Assembly: GCA_963667465.2 (NCBI GenBank)
Contig: CAXXDN010000002.1
Span: 800,001-864,000 of the forward strand
Origin: Dehalococcoidia bacterium
GTDB lineage: Bacteria > Chloroflexota > Dehalococcoidia > UBA2979
DNA length: 64,000 nucleotides
Direction: 5' to 3'
A program made the position numbers and the translations under genes. Below, piece after piece: positions 46,856-55,630 of the stretch. The notes under the pieces are model-generated. The model was given only the letters and a program-made list of their open reading frames with translations. It was not told where the DNA came from and did no database searches. Positions within the stretch are counted from its first letter, which is position 1; every line of letters begins with the position of its first letter.

Positions 46856-47761
46856 GTGATCGTGCTGCTGGTGGGCGGGCTGATCGGCATTGCGGGCGTC
46901 CTGCTCGCGTACGTCCTCGCGGCGTTCTACCTCGCCGAGTTGCTGACGCGCACCAAGCGCTGGCGCGTCGAGGGCAATCCCGCCGATCTGCGGCTGCGCC
47001 ACGACGAGGTCGAGTTCTTCGCGGCGGACGGTGTGTGCATCCGCGGCTGGTACATGGAATCGCCCGGTGCGCGCGCGACGATCGTCGTGGTGCACGACGC
47101 CCAGGGGACGCGCTCGGATCCCGGCCAGGGCCTGCTCGACCTCCAGCGCGACTACCTCCGCCGCGGCATCAACGTGCTCAGCTTTGACCTCCGCGGACGC
47201 GGTGAATCCGAGGGCGATGACGACCACCTCGGCGCGGCGGAGTTGGCGGATGTCGAGGCAGCGGTCGCGTATGCCCGGAGCCAGGGCGCGCACACTCCGC
47301 TGTTCCTGCATGGCTTCGGGATGGGCGCGGCGCTCGCGCTGCTGGTTGCGGCGCGCGACCCCGCCATCGCGGGCGTGATCGCGGACTCGCCGTTCGTCTC
47401 GATGCGCAGCTACGTGCGGCACGAGTACCAACAGTGGCCGGAGTTCGTCTTCTGGCTCGGCGCCTGGCTGGCCCGCCGCTTCTTCCACGCCGACGTCGAC
47501 GCCGTCTCACCGATCGAGGTGGTCCCGCAACTCCAGCAGCCAGTGCTGTACATCCACGCCGAGGACGACCCCGAGGTGCCCGTGGAGCACACACTGAACC
47601 TCGGAGCGGCCTCGCTCAACGCGGGCGACGAGATCTGGATCTCAGCCGCCGGCGGGCATTGCCGGACCTACCTCGACAACCCGGGCGGCTACCTCGCGCG
47701 CTGCATCGGCCACATCGGCTCGGTCGTTTCGCCGCGGCAGCCGCTCGCGCGTGCACCCTGA
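46856..47761 (+). CDS. Membrane-anchored alpha/beta-hydrolase fold protein with nucleophile Ser replaced by Gly
   Basis: N-terminal TM, FDLRGRGESEG, HGFGMGA elbow, ADSPF, HAEDD.EV and GGH. Confidence 0.82.
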   Translation: MIVLLVGGLIGIAGVLLAYVLAAFYLAELLTRTKRWRVEGNPADLRLRHDEVEFFAADGVCIRGWYMESPGARATIVVVHDAQGTRSDPGQGLLDLQRDYLRRGINVLSFDLRGRGESEGDDDHLGAAELADVEAAVAYARSQGAHTPLFLHGFGMGAALALLVAARDPAIAGVIADSPFVSMRSYVRHEYQQWPEFVFWLGAWLARRFFHADVDAVSPIEVVPQLQQPVLYIHAEDDPEVPVEHTLNLGAASLNAGDEIWISAAGGHCRTYLDNPGGYLARCIGHIGSVVSPRQPLARAP

Positions 47762-48804
47762 TGCCGCACGACCCCATGGGTTCAGCGGCTACCGGACCGC
47801 GCGACGCGATCACGGACGTCGGCGGCATCCGTGTTGGGCAATGGACGCACCGCCGCTGGGCGACCGGCTGCACGGTGGTGATCTGCGCCGCCGGGGCGGT
47901 CGGTGGCGTCGACGTGCGCGGGGCCGCGCCCGGGACGCGCGAAACGGACCTGCTGAGGCCCGGCAATCTCGTCGAGGAAGTGCACGCCGTCGTGCTCTCC
48001 GGCGGCTCCGCCTTCGGGCTCGACGCGGCTGGCGGAGTCGTTCGCTACCTAGAGGAGCAGGGCATCGGCCTGCGCTTCGCGGAGCGCACCATCCCGATCG
48101 TCCCGGCGGCGATCCTCTTCGACCTCGGGCTGGGGAGCGGCGCCCGCCGTCCCGGCGCCGCCGAGGGCGAACGCGCGGCGAGGCGCGCCACGGGCGGCCG
48201 CGTGGCGCAGGGCTCGGTCGGCGCGGGCGCCGGCGCGACGGTCGCCTCGCTGCTCGGCCAGGATCGGGCGCTCAAGGGCGGTCTCGGAACCGCCAGCGAG
48301 CGCCTGGAGAGCGGCGCGACCGTTGGAGCGATCGTCGCCGTGAACGCTGCCGGGGCGATTCGCGACCCGGGCGACGGCTCCCTCGTCGCCGCGCCCCGAG
48401 CCGATGGCAGTGGGTTCGTCGATCTCGATGCGCATCTGCGTAGCGGCGTCCGCTGGCCGGAACTGCCCGACCCTGACGCCGAGGATGGCGCGGACGGTCC
48501 GGAGAACACGACCATCGCGGTGGTCGCGACCGACGCGCGGCTCACGCGGGAGCAGGCGAACCGGCTGGCGACCGTCTGCCATGACGGCTTCGCACGCACG
48601 ATCTGGCCGGCGCACTGTCGCAGCGACGGCGACGTGATCTTCACGCTCGCCACCGGCGCCGTCGAGATCGACCGCTACGCCTACGCCGCCCTCGAGGCGC
48701 TCGCGACGCGCGCGGTGGAGCGCGCGGTGCTCAACGGCGTCAACGCCGCGGAGGGTCTTGCGGGCGTCCCAGCGGCTGCGGAATGGCGAGCTGCGGGGCG
48801 CTGA
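47761..48804 (+). CDS. P1/S58 (DmpA-like) peptidase
   Basis: ITDVGGIRVG, DVRGAAPGTRETD, LSGGSAFGL, ENTTI and DGD..F. Confidence 0.9.
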   Translation: MPHDPMGSAATGPRDAITDVGGIRVGQWTHRRWATGCTVVICAAGAVGGVDVRGAAPGTRETDLLRPGNLVEEVHAVVLSGGSAFGLDAAGGVVRYLEEQGIGLRFAERTIPIVPAAILFDLGLGSGARRPGAAEGERAARRATGGRVAQGSVGAGAGATVASLLGQDRALKGGLGTASERLESGATVGAIVAVNAAGAIRDPGDGSLVAAPRADGSGFVDLDAHLRSGVRWPELPDPDAEDGADGPENTTIAVVATDARLTREQANRLATVCHDGFARTIWPAHCRSDGDVIFTLATGAVEIDRYAYAALEALATRAVERAVLNGVNAAEGLAGVPAAAEWRAAGR

Positions 48805-48892
48805 CAGGAGTGCCGGGGCCGTTCGGGAGAGCCCTCGATCGAGGGTTCGTGTGTGTACCGCCGATACCTGTGCGCTATTCTCCTGATTGCTG

Positions 48893-49099
48893 ATGAAAGA
48901 CAGGAACCTGACACCGCAGGAGACCAGGGCGGTCAAGATCGTGTTCCTCTTGGCCGGCGGACTCGCTGCCCTCGGGTTCGCGTTCATGTTGTTGCCGGAG
49001 GTTCTCACGCTCATCTTCCTGGCGGTGGCCATCCCAATCATGGTCTTCGTTCGGTGGCGCTGGGGTGAGGCGATCGACAGGTGGTTGCTAGGCGGATGA
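48893..49099 (+). CDS. Small two-TM membrane protein
   Basis: Two hydrophobic segments in about 68 aa; no family recognised. Confidence 0.55.
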   Translation: MKDRNLTPQETRAVKIVFLLAGGLAALGFAFMLLPEVLTLIFLAVAIPIMVFVRWRWGEAIDRWLLGG

Positions 49100-49416
49100 G
49101 TAGCTGGCTCGGGCTCAGCTACGATCGGACGGACAGGGTCGCTGGGTCACAACACATGGCTGGGCACCGATCGCCGGATGCCTACGCTCCAGCACCCGAT
49201 GCCCTTGGGCATGGCCGGAGGCGGCTGGCGCCCCAGCCCCTGGGTAAGCGGACCCGAGTCAGGCGCCGTGAGCCTGGAACCGGGCTTCGTAACCGTTCGG
49301 TAACGGCCATCGTGATGCACGCGCCCCGATCCTGGTAACAGATCCAATGATGCGATGCGCGGGGTTGCGCGCATGCCTATACTGTCGGCGCGTTCACGCC
49401 AGTTGGAACATGCGGA

Positions 49417-49454
49417 TCCGCTTCAATCCCGCCGAGATCGGGACGGAGTGAGGA
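49417..49454 (+). promoter_or_regulatory. pan-motif-like cis-regulatory RNA hairpin upstream of panDBC
   Basis: CGCTTC-AA-TCCCG-(CCGAGAT)-CGGGA-C-GGAGTG stem with unpaired adenines. It lies downstream of TATACT (49378-49383) and 5' of the pan genes. Confidence 0.6.
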
Positions 49455-49455
49455 C

Positions 49456-49536
49456 ATGACCCAAGCACCCGGCCCGGCGGCTAACGTCCCCTTCGCGGAC
49501 GCGCCCGAACCAGCTGCGAACGGAGCCAGGCGATGA
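49456..49536 (+). CDS. Putative 26-aa leader peptide coupled to panD
   Basis: Purine-rich GGAGTGAGGA precedes the ATG. Reads [26 protein letters not shown]; its TGA overlaps the panD ATG (ATGA). Confidence 0.4.
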   Translation: MTQAPGPAANVPFADAPEPAANGARR

Positions 49537-49958
49537 TGCGGATCATGCTGCGCTCGAAGATCCATCGCGCCACTGTCACCGCCGCCGACCTCGACTACGA
49601 GGGCTCGATCAGCATCGACCAGGCGCTGCTGGATGCGGCCGGCATCGTCGAGTGGGAGCAGGTGCACGTGGTCGACCTGACAAACGGCGCGCGCCTCGAG
49701 ACCTACGTTATACCGACGCCGGCTGGCTCCGGCGAGATCCAGATCAACGGCGCCGCGGCGCACCTCGTCGATCCCGGCGACATGGTGATCATCATGGCCT
49801 ACGAGGGCGTCCCCGAGGATCGCCTCGCCGGGCACCGCCCGCGCATCGTCCTCGTCAACGAGCGCAACCAGGTCGAATCCAGCTCATCCACCAACCTCGT
49901 CAACGGGGCACGTCCCGTGGAGTCGCGCGAGCCAGTCGTACAGGGGGCAGCACGATGA
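49533..49958 (+). CDS. panD: Aspartate 1-decarboxylase
   Basis: [25 protein letters not shown] and NGAAAH. Confidence 0.96.
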   Translation: MMRIMLRSKIHRATVTAADLDYEGSISIDQALLDAAGIVEWEQVHVVDLTNGARLETYVIPTPAGSGEIQINGAAAHLVDPGDMVIIMAYEGVPEDRLAGHRPRIVLVNERNQVESSSSTNLVNGARPVESREPVVQGAAR

Positions 49959-50935
49959 GCGCAGGCATGAAGCGGGTAAATGTCAGCGACCTGCAGGGGA
50001 TGCGCCGCAAGAAGCAGCGGATCACGATGATCACGGCCTACGACTACCCGACGGCGCGCCTCGCCGACGAGGCCGGGGTTCCCGTTATCCTCGTCGGCGA
50101 CTCCCTCGGGATGGTCGTCCTCGGCTACGACTCGACCCTGCCGGTGACGATGGAGGACATGATCCACCATGGGTCTGCGGTGACGCGGGGTGCGCAGCGC
50201 GCGCATGTGGTGGTCGACATGCCGTTCGGCTCCTACCAGGCGGGCTGGAAGAACGCGCTGCGCAACGCGACGCGCCTCATGCAGGAGACCGGCTGCAGCG
50301 CCGTCAAGCTCGAGGGCGGGCAGCGTTCGGCAGGCATCGTCAAGCGTCTCGTCGAGGCGGGCATCCCGGTGATGGGCCACGTCGGCCTCACCCCGCAGTC
50401 CGTGAACACAATGGGCGGATACAAGATCCAGGGACGCACCCCGCGCGACGCGGTCCGCGTGCTCAACGATGCGAAGGCGCTCGAGGAGGCCGGTGCATAC
50501 GCGGTGGTGCTCGAGGTCGTCCCGGCCATCGTCGCCTGGCGCATCACCGAACGGCTCCGCGTGCCGACGATCGGCATCGGCGCCGGACCGTACTGCAGCG
50601 GGCAGGTGCAGGTCTTCCACGACATGCTCGGCCTGTACCCGGACATGGATCCGAGGCACGCGCGCCGCTTCCTCCAGGGCGGCGAGTTGATCCGCAACGC
50701 CATCACCGAGTACCGCGAGGCTGTCGAGGACGGCAGCTTCCCCAGCCCCGCGGAGTCGTTCTTCCTCGACGCCGCCAGGCGGCAGCACATCGAGGCGACG
50801 CTCGCACGGCACGCGCACGAGGGGGCGCCACCCGCCAGCCGTGTGCCGCTGTCCGACAACGGGCTGACGCCCGACAGCGCGCACGAGGGCGTCGACGCCG
50901 AGGTGGCGATGCTCGAGGAGGACGAGGTCGTCTAG
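49955..50935 (+). CDS. panB: 3-methyl-2-oxobutanoate hydroxymethyltransferase
   Basis: [26 protein letters not shown] and TIGIGAG. Confidence 0.96.
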   Translation: MSAGMKRVNVSDLQGMRRKKQRITMITAYDYPTARLADEAGVPVILVGDSLGMVVLGYDSTLPVTMEDMIHHGSAVTRGAQRAHVVVDMPFGSYQAGWKNALRNATRLMQETGCSAVKLEGGQRSAGIVKRLVEAGIPVMGHVGLTPQSVNTMGGYKIQGRTPRDAVRVLNDAKALEEAGAYAVVLEVVPAIVAWRITERLRVPTIGIGAGPYCSGQVQVFHDMLGLYPDMDPRHARRFLQGGELIRNAITEYREAVEDGSFPSPAESFFLDAARRQHIEATLARHAHEGAPPASRVPLSDNGLTPDSAHEGVDAEVAMLEEDEVV

Positions 50936-50973
50936 CCGCTCGCCGGTGACGCCTCGATGGCTATGACACCCCG

Positions 50974-51816
50974 ATGCTGATCGTCGCGCGCACGATCGCC
51001 GATCTGCGGATGGCGCTGCGCGCCCCGGCCGCGCCGCTCGGCCTCGTGCCGACGATGGGCTACCTGCACGACGGCCACCTCTCGCTCGTCGAGGCCGCCA
51101 AGGCGCAGTGCCCGACCGTCGTTGTCTCGCTCTTCGTGAACCCCACCCAGTTCGGCCCGAACGAGGACTTCGAGGACTACCCCCGCGACGAGGACCGCGA
51201 CCTCGATCTGCTCGGTGATGCGGGCGCGGACATCGCCTTCATTCCCTCCGTCGAGGAGATCTACCCGGCCGGCGACAGCACCCGCGTGCGCGTCGGGGGC
51301 CTTACCGAGGTGCTGGAGGGCGACCGCCGCCCCGGCCACTTCGAGGGCGTCGCGACCGTCGTTGCGCGGCTGTTCCTGATGGTGCAGCCGGACCGCGCCT
51401 ACTTCGGCGAGAAGGACGCGCAGCAGCTCGCTGTGCTGAAGCGCATGACCGCGGACATGCAATTCCCGATCGAAGTCGTCGGTTGCCCCACGGTGCGCGA
51501 ACCGGACGGGCTCGCGCTCTCCTCGCGCAACATCTACCTCACGCCCGAGGAGCGGACGCAGGCGCCCGCGCTGCACGCGGGGCTGAGTGCCGCCGCCGAG
51601 GCGTTCGCGGCCGGCGAGCGCGACGCCTCGGCACTGCGTGCGCTCGTGCGCGATCACATCGCGGCGCAGCCCCGGGCGGAGATCGACTACATCTCGCTCG
51701 CGGACTCGGGGACGTTGGCGGAGCTCGAGGGCGTCGTCGAGCCGCCTGCGCTGCTCTCGCTTGCCGTGCGCTTCGGAGCGGCGCGGCTGATCGACAACGT
51801 CACGCTGCGCGCGTAG
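50974..51816 (+). CDS. panC: Pantoate--beta-alanine ligase
   Basis: VPTMGYLHDGH, FVNPTQF, FGEKDAQQ, GLALSSRN and RLIDN. Confidence 0.97.
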   Translation: MLIVARTIADLRMALRAPAAPLGLVPTMGYLHDGHLSLVEAAKAQCPTVVVSLFVNPTQFGPNEDFEDYPRDEDRDLDLLGDAGADIAFIPSVEEIYPAGDSTRVRVGGLTEVLEGDRRPGHFEGVATVVARLFLMVQPDRAYFGEKDAQQLAVLKRMTADMQFPIEVVGCPTVREPDGLALSSRNIYLTPEERTQAPALHAGLSAAAEAFAAGERDASALRALVRDHIAAQPRAEIDYISLADSGTLAELEGVVEPPALLSLAVRFGAARLIDNVTLRA

Positions 51817-51920
51817 CGGCGGGAGCGCCGTCCGGCTGTCTGCCGGTGCTACCATGCCTGTACCTGTCGTGAAGCCTCGGAAGCGGCGTGCATGCACGTC
51901 GCCATTCTCGGGAGGGGTTC

Positions 51921-52673
51921 GTGTCCGGTCACTCCAAGTGGTCATCGATCAAGCACAAGAAGGCGGCGACCGACGCCAAGCGCGGGCAGCTTTTCACCAA
52001 GCTCGCGCGCGACATCACTGTCGCTGCCCGCGGCGGGGCCGACCCCGAGATGAACTCGGCGCTGCGCCTCGCGATCCAGAAGGCGCGCGACAGCAACATG
52101 CCGGGCGCCAACGTCGAGCGGGCGATCCTGCGCGCCACGGGTGGTGGTGACGGCGCCTCCCTCGAGGAGATCGTCTACGAGGGCTACGCCCCGGGCGGCA
52201 CGGCCGTGCTGATCCAGACGGTCACGGACAACCGCAACCGCACCGTCGCCGATATCCGCGTGACGCTGAACCGCGGCGGCGGCACGCTCGCCGAGAACGG
52301 CGCCGTCTCCTGGATGTTCGACCTGCGGGGCGTGATCACCCTCGACGCTGCCAATGCCGACGCCGACGAGATCCAGCTCACCGCCATCGAGGCCGGCGCC
52401 GAGGACGTCAGCGCCGACGAGCAGCTCGTCGAGGTATTGACCAGCCCCGGCGACCTCGAGGCCGTGCGCGCGGCGCTGACGGAGGAGGGGTTCACCATCG
52501 CCAGCGCCGAGATCGCGCAGGTGGCGAAGAACACGGTCGAGCTCGACGAGAAGAACGCGGCCCAGACGCTGCGCCTGCTCGACCAGCTCGACGAGCTCGA
52601 CGACGTATCGCGCGTCTACAGCAACGCCGACTTCAGCGACGAGGTGCTCGCCGCGGCCGGCCTCGGGGAGTGA
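51921..52673 (+). CDS. yebC: YebC/PmpR family protein
   Basis: SGHSKWSSIKHKK, YEGYAPGG and TDNRNRT. Confidence 0.95.
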   Translation: MSGHSKWSSIKHKKAATDAKRGQLFTKLARDITVAARGGADPEMNSALRLAIQKARDSNMPGANVERAILRATGGGDGASLEEIVYEGYAPGGTAVLIQTVTDNRNRTVADIRVTLNRGGGTLAENGAVSWMFDLRGVITLDAANADADEIQLTAIEAGAEDVSADEQLVEVLTSPGDLEAVRAALTEEGFTIASAEIAQVAKNTVELDEKNAAQTLRLLDQLDELDDVSRVYSNADFSDEVLAAAGLGE

Positions 52674-52695
52674 CCGGGGCCCTGGTGAGCGCACG

Positions 52696-53217
52696 GTGAG
52701 CGCCGGCGTCCGGCGCGTGATTGGGGTCGATCCCGGCCTCGCCGCCACTGGCTACGGGATCATCGACGGCGACGCCCGCAACGCCGAAGTCATCGCCTAC
52801 GGCGCGATCCGCACCCGCGCGCGCTGGAGCCGCGCCGAACGCCTGCACCACATTCACGAGCAGGTGCGCGCACTGATCGAGGAGCACCGCCCCCACGAGC
52901 TCGCGATCGAGGAGCCGTACGTGGCGAAGAACGCGCGATCCGCCCTCGCGATCGGCGAGGCGCGCGCGGCGGTGCAGATTGCGGCCGCCGGACACGCCAC
53001 CCCCGTCTTCGAGTACCCACCGGCGACGATCAAGGCGTCGGTGGCTGGCCACGGCGGAGCCTCGAAGGAGCAGGTGCAGGCGATGGTCACCCTGCAGCTC
53101 GGGCTCGCCGAGCCGCCGACACCCCTCGACGCCGCCGACGCGCTCGCGATCGCCCTCACGCGGCTCGCCGAGGTCGACTTCGAGGCGCGTCTCGCGAGCA
53201 GCGGGAGCGGGCCGTGA
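52696..53217 (+). CDS. ruvC: Holliday junction resolvase RuvC
   Basis: GVDPGL..TGYG, IEE, GHGGASKEQV and DAADALAIA. Confidence 0.95.
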   Translation: MSAGVRRVIGVDPGLAATGYGIIDGDARNAEVIAYGAIRTRARWSRAERLHHIHEQVRALIEEHRPHELAIEEPYVAKNARSALAIGEARAAVQIAAAGHATPVFEYPPATIKASVAGHGGASKEQVQAMVTLQLGLAEPPTPLDAADALAIALTRLAEVDFEARLASSGSGP

Positions 53218-53837
53218 TCGCGGCGCTCAGCGGACCCCTCGTGCGCTGGGACGCCGAGCGCTTCTCGTTGTGGATCCTGGCGGGCGGCATCACCTACGAG
53301 GTGCACATGCCCGCCTTCGCGGCGGACTGGGCGGCGGGCCACCAGCAGGGCGAGGCTGTACAGGTCTTCACCTACTACCACGCCACCGAGCGCCAGCCCT
53401 TGCCCACGCTCTACGGCTTCCCGCACCTCGCCGAGCGCGAGTTCTTCCGCAAGTTCATCGAAGTGCCGGACGTCGGCCCGGCCAAAGCCGTGCGCGCCCT
53501 CACCTGGCCCGTCTCGGAGATCGCCGGCTGGATCGAGGCGGAGGACCAGCGCTCGCTGCGCCAGCTCCCGGGCATCGGCGAACGCCTCGCCCAGACGATC
53601 GTCGCGCACCTGCGGGGCAAAGTGGTCCAGGAGGCGCTCCTTCGCGACGCCGTCGAGGGTGAGCGCGAGCCGGTGCCCGACATCCGCGACGACGCCATCG
53701 AGGCGCTCGTGACGCTCCAGTACTCCCGCCGCGAGGCCACGAACCTGGTCGCCGACGCGCTGGCGGAGGACCCGTCGCCGCAGACGCTCGAGGACGTGCT
53801 CCGCTCCGTCCTCGAACAGCGCGCGCCGTCGGGGTAG
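53214..53837 (+). CDS. ruvA: Holliday junction branch migration protein RuvA
   Basis: MIA.LSG, GGITYEV, TLYGF...ERE.F, VGPAKA, LPGIG.R.AQ and DAIEAL..LQY. Confidence 0.9.
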   Translation: MIAALSGPLVRWDAERFSLWILAGGITYEVHMPAFAADWAAGHQQGEAVQVFTYYHATERQPLPTLYGFPHLAEREFFRKFIEVPDVGPAKAVRALTWPVSEIAGWIEAEDQRSLRQLPGIGERLAQTIVAHLRGKVVQEALLRDAVEGEREPVPDIRDDAIEALVTLQYSRREATNLVADALAEDPSPQTLEDVLRSVLEQRAPSG

Positions 53838-53867
53838 GGTCCGCTGGGGTTCAGCAGCCCTCGGTAG

Positions 53868-54071
53868 TCAGCTCACTATCGAGGCGACGGCGGCCGCGAT
53901 CGCGGCAGCTGCAGCCATGCCGGCGAGCATCGTCGCGACGGTCCACCTGATCAAGCGGGTCTCGAGTTCCGCCAGATCAGCCTTCGTCGCCAGGTGCTCA
54001 AGCGTGGCCTCGATGCGCGTAACGCGAATGTCGAGCGAGTCTGAGTGCGTAGTCACGAGGCGCCCGACCAT
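53868..54071 (-). CDS. Small DUF1640/CCDC90-like coiled-coil membrane protein
   Basis: HLATKADLAELETRLIRW followed by a C-terminal TM helix. Confidence 0.7.
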   Translation of the reverse strand: MVGRLVTTHSDSLDIRVTRIEATLEHLATKADLAELETRLIRWTVATMLAGMAAAAAIAAAVASIVS

Positions 54072-54130
54072 CCTTCAACTCGTAGTGTTCGCCTGTCCAG
54101 CACAGTTTGGCCATAGCGGTGCTCATTGGT

Positions 54131-55489
54131 CTACGCCCCCTCCGCCTCGTCCCCGAGCTCACCCGGCACGTAGTAGGTGTTGCCCTCGGCAGGGGGCGGG
54201 CGGTGGGTTTGCGAGGGCGGGGTGTGGCCCTCGTAGTCGTGGGCGTACTGGTAGCCGCGGCCGTAGCCGAGGTCGCTCATGAGCCCCGTCGCGGCGTTGC
54301 GCAGGTGCAGCGGCACCGGCTCGTTGCGCGTGCGCTCGGCGTCCGCGGCCGCGCGCTGGTAGGCCACGTAGGCGCTGTTGGACTTCGGCGCGCGCGCCAG
54401 ATAAACAGTCGCCTCGGCGAGCGGCAGCCGCGCCTCCGGCATGCCGAGGAAGTGCACCGCCTGCTGCGCCGCCACCGCCAGCGGGAGCGCCGCCGGATCG
54501 GCGAGCCCGATGTCCTCTGCGGCGAGGATCACGACGCGGCGCGCGACGAACAGCGGGTCCTCGCCGGCCTCGAGCATCCGCGCCAGCCAGTAGAGCGCCC
54601 CGTCCGGGTCCGAGCCGCGGACCGACTTGATGTAGGCGGAGATGTGGTCGTAGTGGCCGTCGCCCTGGCGGTCGTAGAGCAGCGTCGGGTGCTGACCGGC
54701 GGCGTCGACGGCCTCGCGGGTGATGGCGCGCGCACCCTCCGCCGAGGGCTGCACGGTCGTCGCCGCAAGTTCGAGCAGGTTGAGTCCCGCCCGCGCGTCG
54801 CCGCCCGCGAGGTGCACGATCGCCGCCAGCGCGCCCTCGTCAACACTCACCTGCTGCTCTTGCAGTTGCTCGTCGCGCTCGAGGGCGCGCGTCACGATCG
54901 CGCGCAGTGCCTCCTCGCCGAGTGGACGCAGCACGAAGACGCGGGCGCGTGAGAGCAGCGGCGCGACGACGTGGAACGAGGGGTTCTCGGTGGTTGCGCC
55001 GATCACGGTTACGACGCCCTCCTCGACGTGGGGGAGGACCGCGTCCTGCTGGTTGCGGCTGAAGCGGTGCAGCTCGTCGATGAAGAGAATCGTCTCGATG
55101 CCGGAGATGCGGCGGCGCTCGCGCGCCTCGGAGACCACGCGCCGGATATCGGCGACGCCGGAGTCGACGGCCGAGAGCGGCTCGAAGCGGCGGCGGGTGG
55201 TGCGCGCGATAATCGCCGCGAGCGTCGTCTTGCCAGAGCCGGGCGGCCCCCAGAGCACGAGCGAGGGCGTCTCGTCGCGCTCGATCATGCCGCGCAACGG
55301 GCTGCCCGGCCCGACGACGTCCTCCTGACCGACGAAGTCGTCGAGCGCCTCGGGACGCATCCGCGTGGCGAGGGGCGCCGCCTTCGCGCCGGGCGCCACG
55401 GCGCCGCTCGGCAGGCGCGGCTCATCGGCCTCGAACAGGTCGCTCTGGAGGCCGGGCGGGAGGCTGCGGGAACGGCGTCTGCTGCCCAT
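54131..55489 (-). CDS. rarA: Replication-associated recombination protein A
   Basis: PLATRMRP, GPPGSGKTT, DELHRF, ATTENPSF, KSVRGSDPD, AEDIGLAD and VPLHLRNA. Confidence 0.95.
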   Translation of the reverse strand: MGSRRRSRSLPPGLQSDLFEADEPRLPSGAVAPGAKAAPLATRMRPEALDDFVGQEDVVGPGSPLRGMIERDETPSLVLWGPPGSGKTTLAAIIARTTRRRFEPLSAVDSGVADIRRVVSEARERRRISGIETILFIDELHRFSRNQQDAVLPHVEEGVVTVIGATTENPSFHVVAPLLSRARVFVLRPLGEEALRAIVTRALERDEQLQEQQVSVDEGALAAIVHLAGGDARAGLNLLELAATTVQPSAEGARAITREAVDAAGQHPTLLYDRQGDGHYDHISAYIKSVRGSDPDGALYWLARMLEAGEDPLFVARRVVILAAEDIGLADPAALPLAVAAQQAVHFLGMPEARLPLAEATVYLARAPKSNSAYVAYQRAAADAERTRNEPVPLHLRNAATGLMSDLGYGRGYQYAHDYEGHTPPSQTHRPPPAEGNTYYVPGELGDEAEGA

Positions 55490-55570
55490 ACGCCAGTCTA
55501 GGCCGTCACGCCGCCGGATGTGGCGAGGCGCGACGCCCGCGGGGGTGGGAAAGGCTGCCGCTGCGGGAAC

Positions 55571-55588
55571 ATTGGAGTATGCTCCAAT
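55571..55588. promoter_or_regulatory. Palindromic operator candidate ATTGGAG-TATG-CTCCAAT overlapping a TATGCT -10
   Basis: Perfect 7-bp inverted repeat in the rarA / thiolase-fold divergent region. Confidence 0.45.
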
Positions 55589-55630
55589 CCCGCAGCGGCA
55601 GCGCCCGACAGTGGCCCGCCGCAAGAGAGG

